Part shown: positions 1 through 10,052 of the stretch, in pieces
Layout: every line of letters starts with the position of its first letter
Position numbering within the stretch: the stretch's first letter is position 1
Assembly (NCBI GenBank): GCA_963667315.1
Contig: OY763325.1
Span: 363,378 to 427,377, forward strand
Reading direction: 5' to 3'
DNA: 64,000 bases
From: an uncultured Thermotogae bacterium
GTDB taxonomy: Bacteria > Thermotogota > Thermotogae > MWEM01
Notes under the pieces: model-generated
Database searches by the model: none
What the model saw: only the letters and a program-made list of their open reading frames with translations
What the model was told of the DNA's origin: nothing
Program-made: the position numbers and the translations under genes

Positions 1-775
1 TTTTTGAAATTTTTGTTTTATTCGTTGAATAAAGTTCTATAGAGGCGGTAAGAAACCATGAGGCGAGAAATCCCGCGCTTACGGTTAATTTCCTGAGGAT
101 GAGAAAAAAATCAATCGTTCCGGTAGATATTCTAAATCGATCGTCGTATAAAAAAATAGCCGTCAGTAACATACAAAATCCAAGATACAAAAAAAGTTTT
201 CTTGTTTTTTTATCTGAGATTCCAAGTATGATCAGTATAATACCAAGTATCAATGCGGCCCCCATAGAAATAAAAGGAATATAAGTTCTGAAGAGGTTCT
301 GCACATAGACTTTTGTATAAGTATTATCGAAATTTGTAAGAATGGGTGCTTTATCAATACCATGAGTATACATTGAATAGAGTTCAATAATGAGCTCGTT
401 TTTTTGAGTATTGAGTAAATGCTTATCAAGTGCGATCAAGTGAACATGATTCCAGACGTTTGCAGTCCCATGATCAATATCGCCGGTTTGATTGATCAAT
501 GTACCATTCAAATATATCCTAAATCCGCTTGAAGAAAGAAAGGGGAGTACAAGATACTTATAGTCACCGTCAAAGTAATATTGACAGTTGATAAATAAAC
601 TACGTTCAGTGATTTTATGAAAAGGGATATTAGTTTTAAAAGTTGGAAGCTTTGTATTTAAGGGATCAGATTTTTCACTTTCTGATACAACCCAGGTACC
701 ATCCAATTCCGTACCCGGGATGTTTAATGCCCATATTTCCGTTGAATAAAAAATAAAAAATAGTATCAAAGACAT
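1..775 (-). CDS. membrane sensor-like protein, N-terminal ~258 codons only (3' end lies beyond window start)
   Basis: Own translation of the minus strand: ATG at 775-773 preceded by GGAGG; the frame stays open to position 1, so it is absent from the ORF track. Product starts MSLILFFIFYSTEIWALN (signal/anchor), then ~190 aa of extracytoplasmic-looking sequence, then hydrophobic helices (YIPFISMGAALILGIILIILGI, LFLYLGFCMLLTAIFLY). Function not assignable. Confidence 0.45.
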   Translation of the reverse strand, partial: MSLILFFIFYSTEIWALNIPGTELDGTWVVSESEKSDPLNTKLPTFKTNIPFHKITERSLFINCQYYFDGDYKYLVLPFLSSSGFRIYLNGTLINQTGDIDHGTANVWNHVHLIALDKHLLNTQKNELIIELYSMYTHGIDKAPILTNFDNTYTKVYVQNLFRTYIPFISMGAALILGIILIILGISDKKTRKLFLYLGFCMLLTAIFLYDDRFRISTGTIDFFLILRKLTVSAGFLASWFLTASIELYSTNKTKISK

Positions 776-818
776 TAATCCTCCGAAGAGGATTGCTTTT
801 AGATTAATAACTAATTTT

Positions 819-1055
819 TTATTCCCAATCACTTTTTTTGTAACCTGAATAGATTTTAGAATCAAGTATCACAGGCAAATCAATACGATCAACACCAAAG
901 GCTTTTCTGATTGCAACGATCGATTGTTTCGCCTCTTTTGAAAGGGATTCTATCGGAATCTCGATAATATTGTGTCCCTTTTCTGTCAGGTCTTTTTTCG
1001 CCTGTTCACATTTGCTGCAATTCTCTTTACTCAATATAAATATGGCTTTTTTCAT
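819..1055 (-). CDS. glutaredoxin-like small redox protein (thioredoxin fold, CxxC)
   Basis: 78 aa with a CSKC motif near the N-terminus (ENCSKCEQAKKDL), the size and pattern of NrdH/glutaredoxin-like proteins; AAGGAG about 8 nt upstream of the ATG. Confidence 0.7.
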   Translation of the reverse strand: MKKAIFILSKENCSKCEQAKKDLTEKGHNIIEIPIESLSKEAKQSIVAIRKAFGVDRIDLPVILDSKIYSGYKKSDWE

Positions 1056-1118
1056 TCTTCATCTCCTTTATGAAATCCAGTCCAAAGTATTATACAGAAA
1101 AAAGCCTCTTTATAAAAA

Positions 1119-4100
1119 TTATTCTACATTTTCTCGCTTTATTTCTTTTTTTACGATGGCCCATTCTTCATCTAATTGCAGAATTAAATTTTTAATGTCT
1201 GATTTCTTTTCTTTAGATGCGATTTCTACTTCTCTTGCCATTTCTCCGAATTTGTTCAGACATATTTCAAGGGAACTGCCTTTGATTGCATGTGCTTCAA
1301 TTCTGATTATTTCATAATCCTTGATCTCGGCGGCTTCTTTTAGTTTTTTGATCCTTTCTTCAATATCATTTTCTGCTGCGTCAAGTAAAAGCATTAAAGT
1401 GTCTTTATCGTTTTCCAGTTTCTGCAATAGTTGTTCTTTGTCGAAATGTTTGAAGTTTTTTTCCTGTGAAATGATTTTTATTTCCTGTTGAATCATATCC
1501 GACGGGGATAAAAATTTTAACAAGGTTTTTTCAAGTATTGTCCTGTTGATAGGCTTGGTCAAAAAGTCATCCATCCCTGCATTCAGGCATTTTTCCCTTT
1601 CACCCGCCACAGCACCTGCTGTTAATGCAATGATCGGCGTTCTGATTTCTTTTTCGCTTTCCAGCTTTCTGATCAGCTTAGTTGCTTCAATACCATCTAC
1701 CTCAGGCATTTGAATGTCCATCAATATAATGTCGAATTTCTCATTAGCAACAGCCTCAAATGCCAACTTACCGTTTTCAGCGCTATAAATTCTCGGAGAA
1801 TTCAGAATCTGCTTAATAATTGTACTAATTAAAAGCATATTAATTCTGACATCTTCAACGATTAAAATCTTAGGAGACTTTTTCAAAGTGATCGGTTTGT
1901 GTATGCCATCGATATTATTTGGGAGTTGATTCTCAGCCCTTCTGAACAGATTTAAAAGTTCGTCTGTTTTAAATGGTTTAATGAGTGAATGGTCGAAAAC
2001 AGTTTTGCTAAAATTATTACGGTCTTCAGCGTTTATTAATAGAATAGTTTTTGGCTGATGATTTTTTTGCTTTAATTCAAGACTAAAAGCTGTAAGCTGT
2101 TCATGATCTTTTTGATGATAATCAATTATTAAGAAATCAAAAGGGATATCCCCTTTCTGTACTGACTTGAATTTTTCAATTGTATCAATTTGACTGGAGA
2201 CTACACCTACTTCTGAAAACACTTTATTGAGCATATTGAATAATGTAGTATTTTTTCCAATCAGAAGCGCGTTTTGTTTTGATTCAATAGATTTGTCAGA
2301 TAACCATGTTCTTTCATCGTATTTCGTTTCAACCTTGAAACTAAACGTAGACCCGGCACCTTCCGTGCTTTCGACCGATATCGTTCCGCCCATTTTATTG
2401 ACAAAATTCTTAGAGATAAACAATCCCAGTCCGGTTCCGCCATATTTCCTTGTCGTTGATGCATCAGCCTGCGAAAAAGACTTGAAGAGTCTTTTTTGTT
2501 TTTCTTCTGATATGCCAATCCCGGTATCTCTAATTGAAAAACTGAAAATTCCGGTATGAGAATCTGATGAAGCAAAATCAACAGCTAATTCCACTTCTCC
2601 TTCGTGTGTGAATTTTATGGCATTATTTAATAAGTTCAGAAGAATTTGTTTTAATCTTACCGGATCAAAATAAGCGTGTTCAGGCACTTCTGGAGATATG
2701 TTCAAAACAAGCTCTATCCCTTTTACTGAAGATTGATATTTTACCATATCAATACTTTGTTCCAATAATTTCGGGAGGTTTATCCTGATGATTTCCATTT
2801 CAATCTTTCCTGCTTCAATCTTTGAAATATCCAGGATGTCGTTGATGATTGCTAGCAGACTATGGGCTGAGTTTTTTAAAGTCGAAAGATACTGTTGTTG
2901 AAGATCATTGACTTCTGTCTCACTGAGTAAGGTGCTGAAACCGATAATACTGTTCAAAGGTGTTCTGACTTCATGACTGATATTTGCGAGGAATTCTGAT
3001 TTTGCTTTGTTCGAATTTTCAGCACTTTCTTTCTTTAATTTTAAATTCATACCCATAAGAATAAAATAAATAAGAACAAAAGCTATAATGATGTATAGTA
3101 AATATGCCCACCAGGTTTGCCAAGGCGGAGATGCGATGATTAATTTTATAGATGTACCGGTATCATTCCATATCCCATCATTATTTGCAGCTTTTATTCT
3201 GAAAGTGTAATTTCCGGGTTGAAGATTTGAGTAACTCATATAATTTCTGTTTCCACTGTAAATCCATTCTGAATCAACCCCTTCAAGTTTGTACGCATAT
3301 TGATTTTTTTCCGGTGAGAAGTAATCAATACCAATAAATTCAAAAGAAATGAAATTTCTGTTGTAAGGCAGGGTGATTTCATCGAGATTATAATAAGGGA
3401 TCTTTGTTTTAAAATTTTCATTCATTACTTTTATATCAATAATATGAATCTGCGGCTCATGAAAATTGATCATCTCAGGTGTTTGTTTGAAAACATATAT
3501 GCCATGCATGGCCCCAAAGTAAAGTGAACCGTCTTTTGCCTTTTCGTGCCCCTGATTGAATTCCATACCCCAAAGTCCGTCTTGTTCAGTGATATGCTTG
3601 AATTGATCAAGCTTATAATCATATATGTTTATTCCGTATGAGGTGGCGATCCAAATATTTCCCTTATCATCTTCCAAAATAGAGGAGATCGCATTATCGG
3701 ACAATCCGTCTTTTTTTGAGTAATGTGTGATCTTTCCCGTTTTTTCGTTCATTATGGTAATACCACCGCTTGACGTTCCAATCCAGATATTGCCTCTACT
3801 GTCTTCAAAGAGTGTTCTTACCGTATTGTTACTGATTGTATTTTTATCTTGTGGATCGTTGAAATACCTGACAAAATTATCGTTTTGTTCATCGTATCGA
3901 TTTAATCCATTATTGGTGCCAATCCATATATTGCCTTCAACATCTTCAATTAAATAATATACAAGGTTATCACTAAGTGTAGTTGAATCCTTTTCATCTG
4001 ATTTATAATTAACAAAACGGTTTTCTTCAAGGTTCCAAATATCAACACCATTTTTGTAATATCCGATCCAGAGATTGTTATGCTTATCTTCAAGCATTTG

Positions 4101-5486
4101 ATATACGATTGAACCCGTTGGATTTTTATCAGTGCCATCCGGAAGAAAACGTTTGAAACTATCAGTTTCAGGAAGGTATTTGTTGAAACCTTCGTTTGTG
4201 CCGATCCACAAATTATCCTGGTTGTCTTCGTAAATAAAAGTAACAATATTATTACTTAATGAAGAATCGTCATCTGGGATATTCACATATTTAAAGATCT
4301 TTTGTTCCTTTACATCGAATTTATTAAGACCTCCGTTATAGATTCCAAACCAAAGATTTCCCTCTGAATCTTCAAGAATAGAGTTAACTTTTCCCCTTGA
4401 TATCCCAAGTTCATCTTCAGCGCTGCTACTGAACTTTCTATAATCAATTTTTCGGCGGTTTAATTTATTCAGACCATTGCCATTGGTGCCAATCCAAATG
4501 AGACCGGAATCATCAATAAAGATTGAATAAACGGTATCATGACTGAGTGAACCGGGGTTTCTCTCATCATATCTGAACTCAAGGACGCTATCACTGTTAA
4601 AATCATATTCGTAAAGACCGCCTCCCCATGTCCCTGCCCAGATTGAACGATCTTTTTCAACTTTCAATGTATATATCGTATTATCAGCAATTTTGATTAA
4701 ATCGAATTGAAATGTTTTCGGATTAAATTTTAAGAGGCCATTTCCCCAGTTTCCGATCCAAATAATACCATCTTCATCCTGGTCAAGGGCCATGATGTAA
4801 TCAGTTTTAAAAATGGGATATTGTTTTGATGAAAAGAGCTGGAAAGAATCATTCTCTTTGTTATAGAGGTTTAACCCGGTTAACGTTCCCACCCAGATAT
4901 TGCCATCATTGTCCTTTAGCAAAGATCTTATCGTATTTCCACTGATTGATTTACTCTCATCATCTGATGCCGGGTATTTTTTTATCACACCGGTTTCCGG
5001 GTTCAGTACGTTTAACCCATTTAATGTTCCGACCCAGATATTGCCATCATTATCCTTTGTGATTGCTGTAACAACTTCATTGCTCAATGATGTGTCATCA
5101 TTGGGTATATGTTTGTAATGCGTAAAAGTTTCTGAATCAATGTCGAAACGTGCTAACCCATTATAGGTCCCAATCCAGAGGACATTGTTGTCATAGTCAA
5201 GATACATTGTTTGAATCAATCTGTGGGGTAATGATGTTTTATCGTAGGGATCATGTTCATAAGTTTTAAAATTTATACCATCAAAACGGTTAAGTCCTCC
5301 CTGGGTTCCAAACCACAGAAAACCATTTTTGTCTTGTATGATCGAAGAAACGGAAGAATTTGATAATCCTTCTTTTCTCCCGAGTCTTTCGAATATATAA
5401 TTTCCTGTTGCTGAGAAATAAGCAGAAACCAAAACAATGAAAATAATAAATATAAAATATAAGCGTCTATTCAAGATATCGATCAC
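1119..5486 (-). CDS. hybrid sensor histidine kinase/response regulator with periplasmic beta-propeller repeats and C-terminal HPt
   Basis: 1455 aa. N-terminal TM, then many repeats of the type NGxLWxGTxxGLNRFD (two-component regulator propeller / Y_Y_Y-like), second TM (WWAYLLYIIIAFVLIYFILMG), HisKA H-box SHEVRTPLNSIIGF, HATPase G-boxes (DTGIGI, GGTGLGLFISK), receiver domain (ILIVEDVRINML ... DIILMDIQMPEVDG), C-terminal HPt-like AHAIKGSS. Confidence 0.9.
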   Translation of the reverse strand: MIDILNRRLYFIFIIFIVLVSAYFSATGNYIFERLGRKEGLSNSSVSSIIQDKNGFLWFGTQGGLNRFDGINFKTYEHDPYDKTSLPHRLIQTMYLDYDNNVLWIGTYNGLARFDIDSETFTHYKHIPNDDTSLSNEVVTAITKDNDGNIWVGTLNGLNVLNPETGVIKKYPASDDESKSISGNTIRSLLKDNDGNIWVGTLTGLNLYNKENDSFQLFSSKQYPIFKTDYIMALDQDEDGIIWIGNWGNGLLKFNPKTFQFDLIKIADNTIYTLKVEKDRSIWAGTWGGGLYEYDFNSDSVLEFRYDERNPGSLSHDTVYSIFIDDSGLIWIGTNGNGLNKLNRRKIDYRKFSSSAEDELGISRGKVNSILEDSEGNLWFGIYNGGLNKFDVKEQKIFKYVNIPDDDSSLSNNIVTFIYEDNQDNLWIGTNEGFNKYLPETDSFKRFLPDGTDKNPTGSIVYQMLEDKHNNLWIGYYKNGVDIWNLEENRFVNYKSDEKDSTTLSDNLVYYLIEDVEGNIWIGTNNGLNRYDEQNDNFVRYFNDPQDKNTISNNTVRTLFEDSRGNIWIGTSSGGITIMNEKTGKITHYSKKDGLSDNAISSILEDDKGNIWIATSYGINIYDYKLDQFKHITEQDGLWGMEFNQGHEKAKDGSLYFGAMHGIYVFKQTPEMINFHEPQIHIIDIKVMNENFKTKIPYYNLDEITLPYNRNFISFEFIGIDYFSPEKNQYAYKLEGVDSEWIYSGNRNYMSYSNLQPGNYTFRIKAANNDGIWNDTGTSIKLIIASPPWQTWWAYLLYIIIAFVLIYFILMGMNLKLKKESAENSNKAKSEFLANISHEVRTPLNSIIGFSTLLSETEVNDLQQQYLSTLKNSAHSLLAIINDILDISKIEAGKIEMEIIRINLPKLLEQSIDMVKYQSSVKGIELVLNISPEVPEHAYFDPVRLKQILLNLLNNAIKFTHEGEVELAVDFASSDSHTGIFSFSIRDTGIGISEEKQKRLFKSFSQADASTTRKYGGTGLGLFISKNFVNKMGGTISVESTEGAGSTFSFKVETKYDERTWLSDKSIESKQNALLIGKNTTLFNMLNKVFSEVGVVSSQIDTIEKFKSVQKGDIPFDFLIIDYHQKDHEQLTAFSLELKQKNHQPKTILLINAEDRNNFSKTVFDHSLIKPFKTDELLNLFRRAENQLPNNIDGIHKPITLKKSPKILIVEDVRINMLLISTIIKQILNSPRIYSAENGKLAFEAVANEKFDIILMDIQMPEVDGIEATKLIRKLESEKEIRTPIIALTAGAVAGEREKCLNAGMDDFLTKPINRTILEKTLLKFLSPSDMIQQEIKIISQEKNFKHFDKEQLLQKLENDKDTLMLLLDAAENDIEERIKKLKEAAEIKDYEIIRIEAHAIKGSSLEICLNKFGEMAREVEIASKEKKSDIKNLILQLDEEWAIVKKEIKRENVE

Positions 5487-5745
5487 TTCTTTCTTTTTTT
5501 AAATCCTCTCATAATGATAGCATATTTTTTGTTCTCTATACCAGACATCGACTTTATTTGGGGGAAAAAGCAAATATGTTGGGAAATTTCAATTTATATT
5601 TACGATACAGACATATTATAAGCCTTTTCTTATGAGATTCTGATTTAAAAAATGATATTATATTAGTATGGTTTGAAAAATATCGGACTATTAGGTAACG
5701 TTGGTGGATTTGTGTCAAATCAATTGTTTTTGTGGAGGTGTAAGC

Positions 5746-6333
5746 ATGAAAAAGATTCTTTTGCTGTTATTGCTGATTGTTATTTTATTCACAGGTTGTA
5801 TCAGGTACATACCGTTCCGAGAGGATTTCTTTACTCTGGAAATCATTAAAGAAGCAAGAGATAGAATTCTTGCCGAAAACCCGGGTGTGGCATTGCAGTT
5901 CTATGAGTTTACTGGTGGGATCAGACCTGAAGATGGAACCGAATATGATGGTATGGTAGCTAGAGGTGCAAAAACAATAGAAGATCTCATTTGGTGGGAA
6001 TTTGTTTTTGCGGCTGATGTAGGCGATACAGCCGTTATCACGAAGATGAATGGAGAATGGGGAACTTCCGAGATTGTAGCTGAACCATGGCTTGAAGATC
6101 AGGTCTATAATCCGGAATATCTCAGAATAGACCTTGATGATGCTGTTGAAATTCTGAAAATCTACCTCTGGGGGGATACGGCACCCTTGGATATCTTTGA
6201 CTTTGTTGTATTCAGACAACCTTTAAATCCAGAAGTAACAGAGCCCTATTACATCTTTACCGTTGCGCCCGGAGAATATGTTTTTGTTGGTGCAATAACC
6301 GGTGGGATAAAAACGGAAAATGATAATCCATAA
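5746..6333 (+). CDS. lipoprotein, unknown function
   Basis: ATG at 5746 with GGAGGTG 7 nt upstream; MKKILLLLLLIVILFTGC signal peptide with lipobox Cys. The ORF-track start at 5701 is probably an N-terminal over-extension. Confidence 0.7.
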   Translation: MKKILLLLLLIVILFTGCIRYIPFREDFFTLEIIKEARDRILAENPGVALQFYEFTGGIRPEDGTEYDGMVARGAKTIEDLIWWEFVFAADVGDTAVITKMNGEWGTSEIVAEPWLEDQVYNPEYLRIDLDDAVEILKIYLWGDTAPLDIFDFVVFRQPLNPEVTEPYYIFTVAPGEYVFVGAITGGIKTENDNP

Positions 6334-6362
6334 AAAAAAGACAGGGTTTTTTACCCTGTCTT
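6331..6362. terminator. intrinsic terminator hairpin (mainly for the minus-strand lysine operon)
   Basis: gacagggt-ttttt-accctgtc stem-loop at 6340-6360, flanked by an A-run at 6332-6339 that gives a U-tract on the minus strand. Confidence 0.6.
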
Positions 6363-7497
6363 ACTTCAACAATTCGTTTAATTTTTCTGTTATTATCCGG
6401 ATCTCTTCAAAAGTGATATTTAAAGCCGGTAATAATCGTATTGTCTTATCTTTGATAACGTTTATCAACAGTCCTGCTTCCAATGCTTTGTCACGTAAAT
6501 GAGGATCTTCGTTAAAAAGTTCTATGGCTATCATTAAACCTTTATGCCGAATTTCTTTAATCTTTGGCACCGGGATTATTGCATCAGCAAAAAACGCACC
6601 TTTTTCAACAATATCGCCTAATAATTGATCAATATGGGTTACAACGACTTCCCCCCCTGCGAGGGAAACGGGGTTCGGCGCAAAAGTAGAACCATGATCG
6701 CCTTGCTGGAATATCTCTTCCGAACCGTTTAAAAAGATCGTTGCTCCCAGAGGCAATCCACCGCCAATAGCTTTTCCGAGTGTTATGATATCCGGGTTGA
6801 GATGATAATGCTGATAAGCATAGAATCTTCCGGTTCTACCGATTCCGGATTGTATTTCATCGATTACGAGTAATATTTCCCTGTCTGATGTTAATCTGTT
6901 GATCGATTCGGAGAGTGCTTCACAGAGGGGGACAACACCACCGGAGCCAAGAATCGGTTCCAGAAAAACTGCGATAATATCATTTTCGTTTTCGGAAAAA
7001 ACGGTTTCAAATGCCGTTCGATCATTAAAGGGTATCCTGATGATATTTTCCAGTAGTGGTTCAAAAGGTTGTCTGAGTTTTTCGAAACCGTTTAATGATA
7101 GAGAACCAAGTGTTCTCCCGTGGAAGGCACTTTCAAATGTAATGATTTTTTTCTTATCTGAAATAGCCATTTTTTTCTTCACAGCTTTTAAAGCCGCTTC
7201 AATTGCTTCAGTTCCCGAATTTGTGAAAAATACCTGTCCCGTTCTGCCTGTGTTTTCAACCAGAATTTTTGCAATGGATTCTGCCTTATCCTGAAAGAAG
7301 AAATTTGATATATGTTCGAATCTTGTCATCTGTAGCTTTTGAGCGGTAAGCACCTCATCGTTTGAATGACCGAGAGCAAGCACACCTATTCCGCTGAATG
7401 TGTCCATATATTTGTTTCCTTTGTCATCCCAGATATAAATGCCCTTAGTTTTTTTTACATTGAAGTCATATTCGTTGTACATTTTCATTCTATACAT
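6361..7497 (-). CDS. class-III PLP aminotransferase (ArgD/DapC-like); by context the N-acyl-diaminopimelate aminotransferase
   Basis: 378 aa with an acetylornithine-aminotransferase-like sequence (GIGVLALGHSNDEV, FFTNSGTEAIEAALK, DEIQSGIGRTGRF, the Lys-containing TLGKAIGGG). Last gene of the asd-dapA-dapB-dapH-lysC cluster. Confidence 0.8.
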   Translation of the reverse strand: MYRMKMYNEYDFNVKKTKGIYIWDDKGNKYMDTFSGIGVLALGHSNDEVLTAQKLQMTRFEHISNFFFQDKAESIAKILVENTGRTGQVFFTNSGTEAIEAALKAVKKKMAISDKKKIITFESAFHGRTLGSLSLNGFEKLRQPFEPLLENIIRIPFNDRTAFETVFSENENDIIAVFLEPILGSGGVVPLCEALSESINRLTSDREILLVIDEIQSGIGRTGRFYAYQHYHLNPDIITLGKAIGGGLPLGATIFLNGSEEIFQQGDHGSTFAPNPVSLAGGEVVVTHIDQLLGDIVEKGAFFADAIIPVPKIKEIRHKGLMIAIELFNEDPHLRDKALEAGLLINVIKDKTIRLLPALNITFEEIRIITEKLNELLK

Positions 7498-8690
7498 AGA
7501 TCGAACTCCTCTGCTAAAAAATCAACCGCGTCTTTGAGATAATTTTCAGCAATCAGTGCAGAAATCTTTATCTCAGAGGTAGTTACCATCCGTATAATGA
7601 TCTCCTTTTTTGAAAGTGCTCTAAAGAACCTTGAGGCAACACCGGATTCAGTTCTCATCCCCAGACCCACAACTGAAATTTTAACATATCCGGGTTGAGT
7701 TTTGATCTGTACACCATCGTATTTCTCAAGCAGTTCCTTATATGTCATTTTAACATCTTTTATCTTATTTTTTATAACGGTAAAAGAAACATCAAATTTA
7801 TCATTGACTTGAATGACAGAAATCATATCAATGTTCATATGATTTTTTGAGGCAATTTCAAAGATGTCATTATGCATCATAGTATTCATTGGCAGACCTG
7901 AAAGCGTTATCTGCGTCTGATCTTTCATGATACTTAATCCCGTTACGACCGGTGCTTCAATATTTTCATCCGTCACAATAGTCCCCCCTTTATCTTCAAA
8001 AGTAGAAGCGCATCGAAGTTTTACGGAAAATTTCTTTGCAATTTCAACGGATCGGCTGTGAAGTACATTTGCCCCGAGTTTTGCCATCTCAAGCATCTCA
8101 TCATAGGTAACAATCTCAAGTTTTCTAGCACTTTTTTTAACCCTTGGATCAAGCGTGAATATTCCGTCATAATCGCTGAATATTTCACAGTCACATTTCA
8201 GAACTGCGGCAAGTGCAACTGCTGATGTATCTGAGCCACCTCTTCCCAATGTTGTAATTTCATTATCTTCGGTTATTCCCTGAAACCCGGTGACAACAAT
8301 AACATCTTTGGAAGACAGGAGGGTTTTGATTTTAAGGCTGTTAATACTCTTTATTTTAGCTGATGAAAAAATAGAATTTGTCTTGATCCCTATTTGAAAA
8401 GCATTTACGGATACGGCAGAAATTCCCATTTTATGTAAAGCCATAGTGACAAGAGAAGCTGAAATCTGTTCGCCAGTCGATACGAGCATATCGAGTTCTC
8501 TTGACACCGGATTTGAATCTATTTCTCTTGCCTTGTCGAGCAGCTCATTCGTGGTATTACCATTTGCCGATACAACAACAGCGAGCTTATACCCGCTTGA
8601 AACTCTTTCAGCGATTCTTTCTGCAACCCGTTTGATTTTTCCGGTATCTGAAAGTGAACTACCACCGTATTTCTGAACGCACAACATCAT
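7485..8690 (-). CDS. lysC: aspartate kinase
   Basis: 401 aa; N-terminal VQKYGGSSL kinase motif and C-terminal ACT-like region; overlaps the neighbouring genes in operon fashion. Confidence 0.9.
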   Translation of the reverse strand: MMLCVQKYGGSSLSDTGKIKRVAERIAERVSSGYKLAVVVSANGNTTNELLDKAREIDSNPVSRELDMLVSTGEQISASLVTMALHKMGISAVSVNAFQIGIKTNSIFSSAKIKSINSLKIKTLLSSKDVIVVTGFQGITEDNEITTLGRGGSDTSAVALAAVLKCDCEIFSDYDGIFTLDPRVKKSARKLEIVTYDEMLEMAKLGANVLHSRSVEIAKKFSVKLRCASTFEDKGGTIVTDENIEAPVVTGLSIMKDQTQITLSGLPMNTMMHNDIFEIASKNHMNIDMISVIQVNDKFDVSFTVIKNKIKDVKMTYKELLEKYDGVQIKTQPGYVKISVVGLGMRTESGVASRFFRALSKKEIIIRMVTTSEIKISALIAENYLKDAVDFLAEEFDLCIE

Positions 8691-8692
8691 TC

Positions 8693-9391
8693 TTATAAGT
8701 CCCTCAACGCCTGAATGACTTGCGTTTTGGATGCGGTTTTATCATCTACATCTTTTATTTTCTTTGCTGGGACCCCCGCATAAACTGTATTTCCCGGTAC
8801 ATCTTCGAGTACGATAGCACCCGCTGCGATTACAGAATTTCTTCCAACCCTTACACCTTCTGCAACAACCGCATTTGCTCCAATCAACACGTTATTTTCT
8901 ATGATAACCGGGTCCGCACTCGGTGGTTCGATGACCCCTGCTAATACACTTCCAGCACCAATATGGCAATTATCTCCAACCTTTGCACGTCCCCCGACGA
9001 CCACATTCATATCAATCATGGTTTTTTCCCCGATTTCCGCTCCAAGGTTAATGACCGCTCCCATCATTATGACTGCACCATCCCCGATTGAAACATACTC
9101 CCTGATGATTGCACCCGGTTCAATTCTGGCGTTATATTGAGTCAGATCTGAAAGTGGGATAGCTGAGTTTCTTCTGTCGTTTTCTACTTTATAGCTGATA
9201 ATCTCGGAAGTATATTCCTCTTTGATCTGATTCCATTCATCAAGTGAGCAGAAGAGGATGCCTGAATCTTCATTACCGAAATAGCCATTTTTTTCAATGA
9301 TCTTTTCATTTATCATTCCTTTGAGAAAAACTTTCACCGGTGTTTGTTTTTCTGATTTTGCGATTAAATTTATCAGTTCATAACTATCCAT
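8693..9391 (-). CDS. dapH: 2,3,4,5-tetrahydropyridine-2,6-dicarboxylate N-acetyltransferase (DapH-type)
   Basis: 232 aa; N-terminal domain followed by left-handed beta-helix hexapeptide repeats ([20 protein letters not shown] ... [13 protein letters not shown] ... [14 protein letters not shown]); sits between dapB and lysC. Confidence 0.85.
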   Translation of the reverse strand: MDSYELINLIAKSEKQTPVKVFLKGMINEKIIEKNGYFGNEDSGILFCSLDEWNQIKEEYTSEIISYKVENDRRNSAIPLSDLTQYNARIEPGAIIREYVSIGDGAVIMMGAVINLGAEIGEKTMIDMNVVVGGRAKVGDNCHIGAGSVLAGVIEPPSADPVIIENNVLIGANAVVAEGVRVGRNSVIAAGAIVLEDVPGNTVYAGVPAKKIKDVDDKTASKTQVIQALRDL

Positions 9392-10052
9392 TGTCGATTT
9401 CCTCCATTTCCATATGACAGATTTGATCGAATGTATAAAAACCCTGATTGAGACGGATTATTCTTTCAGCGGCAAAACAGGCACCTTCTGCAAACGTTCT
9501 GGGAGAGATGGCCTGATGTTTGATCTCAATCATCTCACCCAAACCGGCGATTAATACTGAGTGTTCACCCGGGATACCTCCTGCTCTGATACTTGAAGTA
9601 GGAACATCAAAATCAAAGCACTCTGCCAGCATCTTTGCCGTTCCGGAGGGTTTGTCTTTTTTAAATCTATGATGTTTTTCGATGATTTCTATATCCCAGT
9701 CAGATATTCTTCCCGACAACCCTTTAATGATCTCTTTCATGATCAATACACCTTTTGAAAAATTTCTGGCGTAAACGACACTCTTTTTCGTTCCATAATC
9801 CTTTAAACGCTGAATATCCTCAATATTCAAAGCGGTTGTTCCCACTACAAGAGAACAGTTAAATTTTTCTGCCATAACCATTGTTTTGTTAAAAGCTTCA
9901 GGAAGTGAAAAATCTATGAGTACTTCAGGCATCCCGATTTCGTCTTCCGTGTTCATGTCACATTTATATACAAGTGTATGGCCTCTTTCTGAACAGACTT
10001 CCTGAATCAATTTACCCATTCGTCCGGAATATCCCATCAAACCATATTTCAT
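9384..10052 (-). CDS. dapB: 4-hydroxy-tetrahydrodipicolinate reductase
   Basis: 222 aa; N-terminal Rossmann motif [14 protein letters not shown]; typical short DapB. Confidence 0.9.
   Translation of the reverse strand: MKYGLMGYSGRMGKLIQEVCSERGHTLVYKCDMNTEDEIGMPEVLIDFSLPEAFNKTMVMAEKFNCSLVVGTTALNIEDIQRLKDYGTKKSVVYARNFSKGVLIMKEIIKGLSGRISDWDIEIIEKHHRFKKDKPSGTAKMLAECFDFDVPTSSIRAGGIPGEHSVLIAGLGEMIEIKHQAISPRTFAEGACFAAERIIRLNQGFYTFDQICHMEMEEIDNG

Noticed and set aside
99-284. 61-aa + strand ORF
   Set aside because: Lies antisense inside the open minus-strand frame 1-775; no RBS, low-complexity translation.
970-1317. 115-aa + strand ORF
   Set aside because: Overlaps, on the opposite strand, both the glutaredoxin-like gene and the 3' end of the histidine kinase gene; translation is hydrophobic junk typical of antisense frames in AT-rich DNA.
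2227-5118. Several 60-110-aa ORFs on both strands inside the histidine kinase gene (2227-2559, 2261-2581, 3236-3421, 3727-3957, 3950-4246, 4469-4660, 4900-5118)
   Set aside because: All are embedded in or antisense to a 1455-aa gene with strong domain evidence; none has recognisable motifs.
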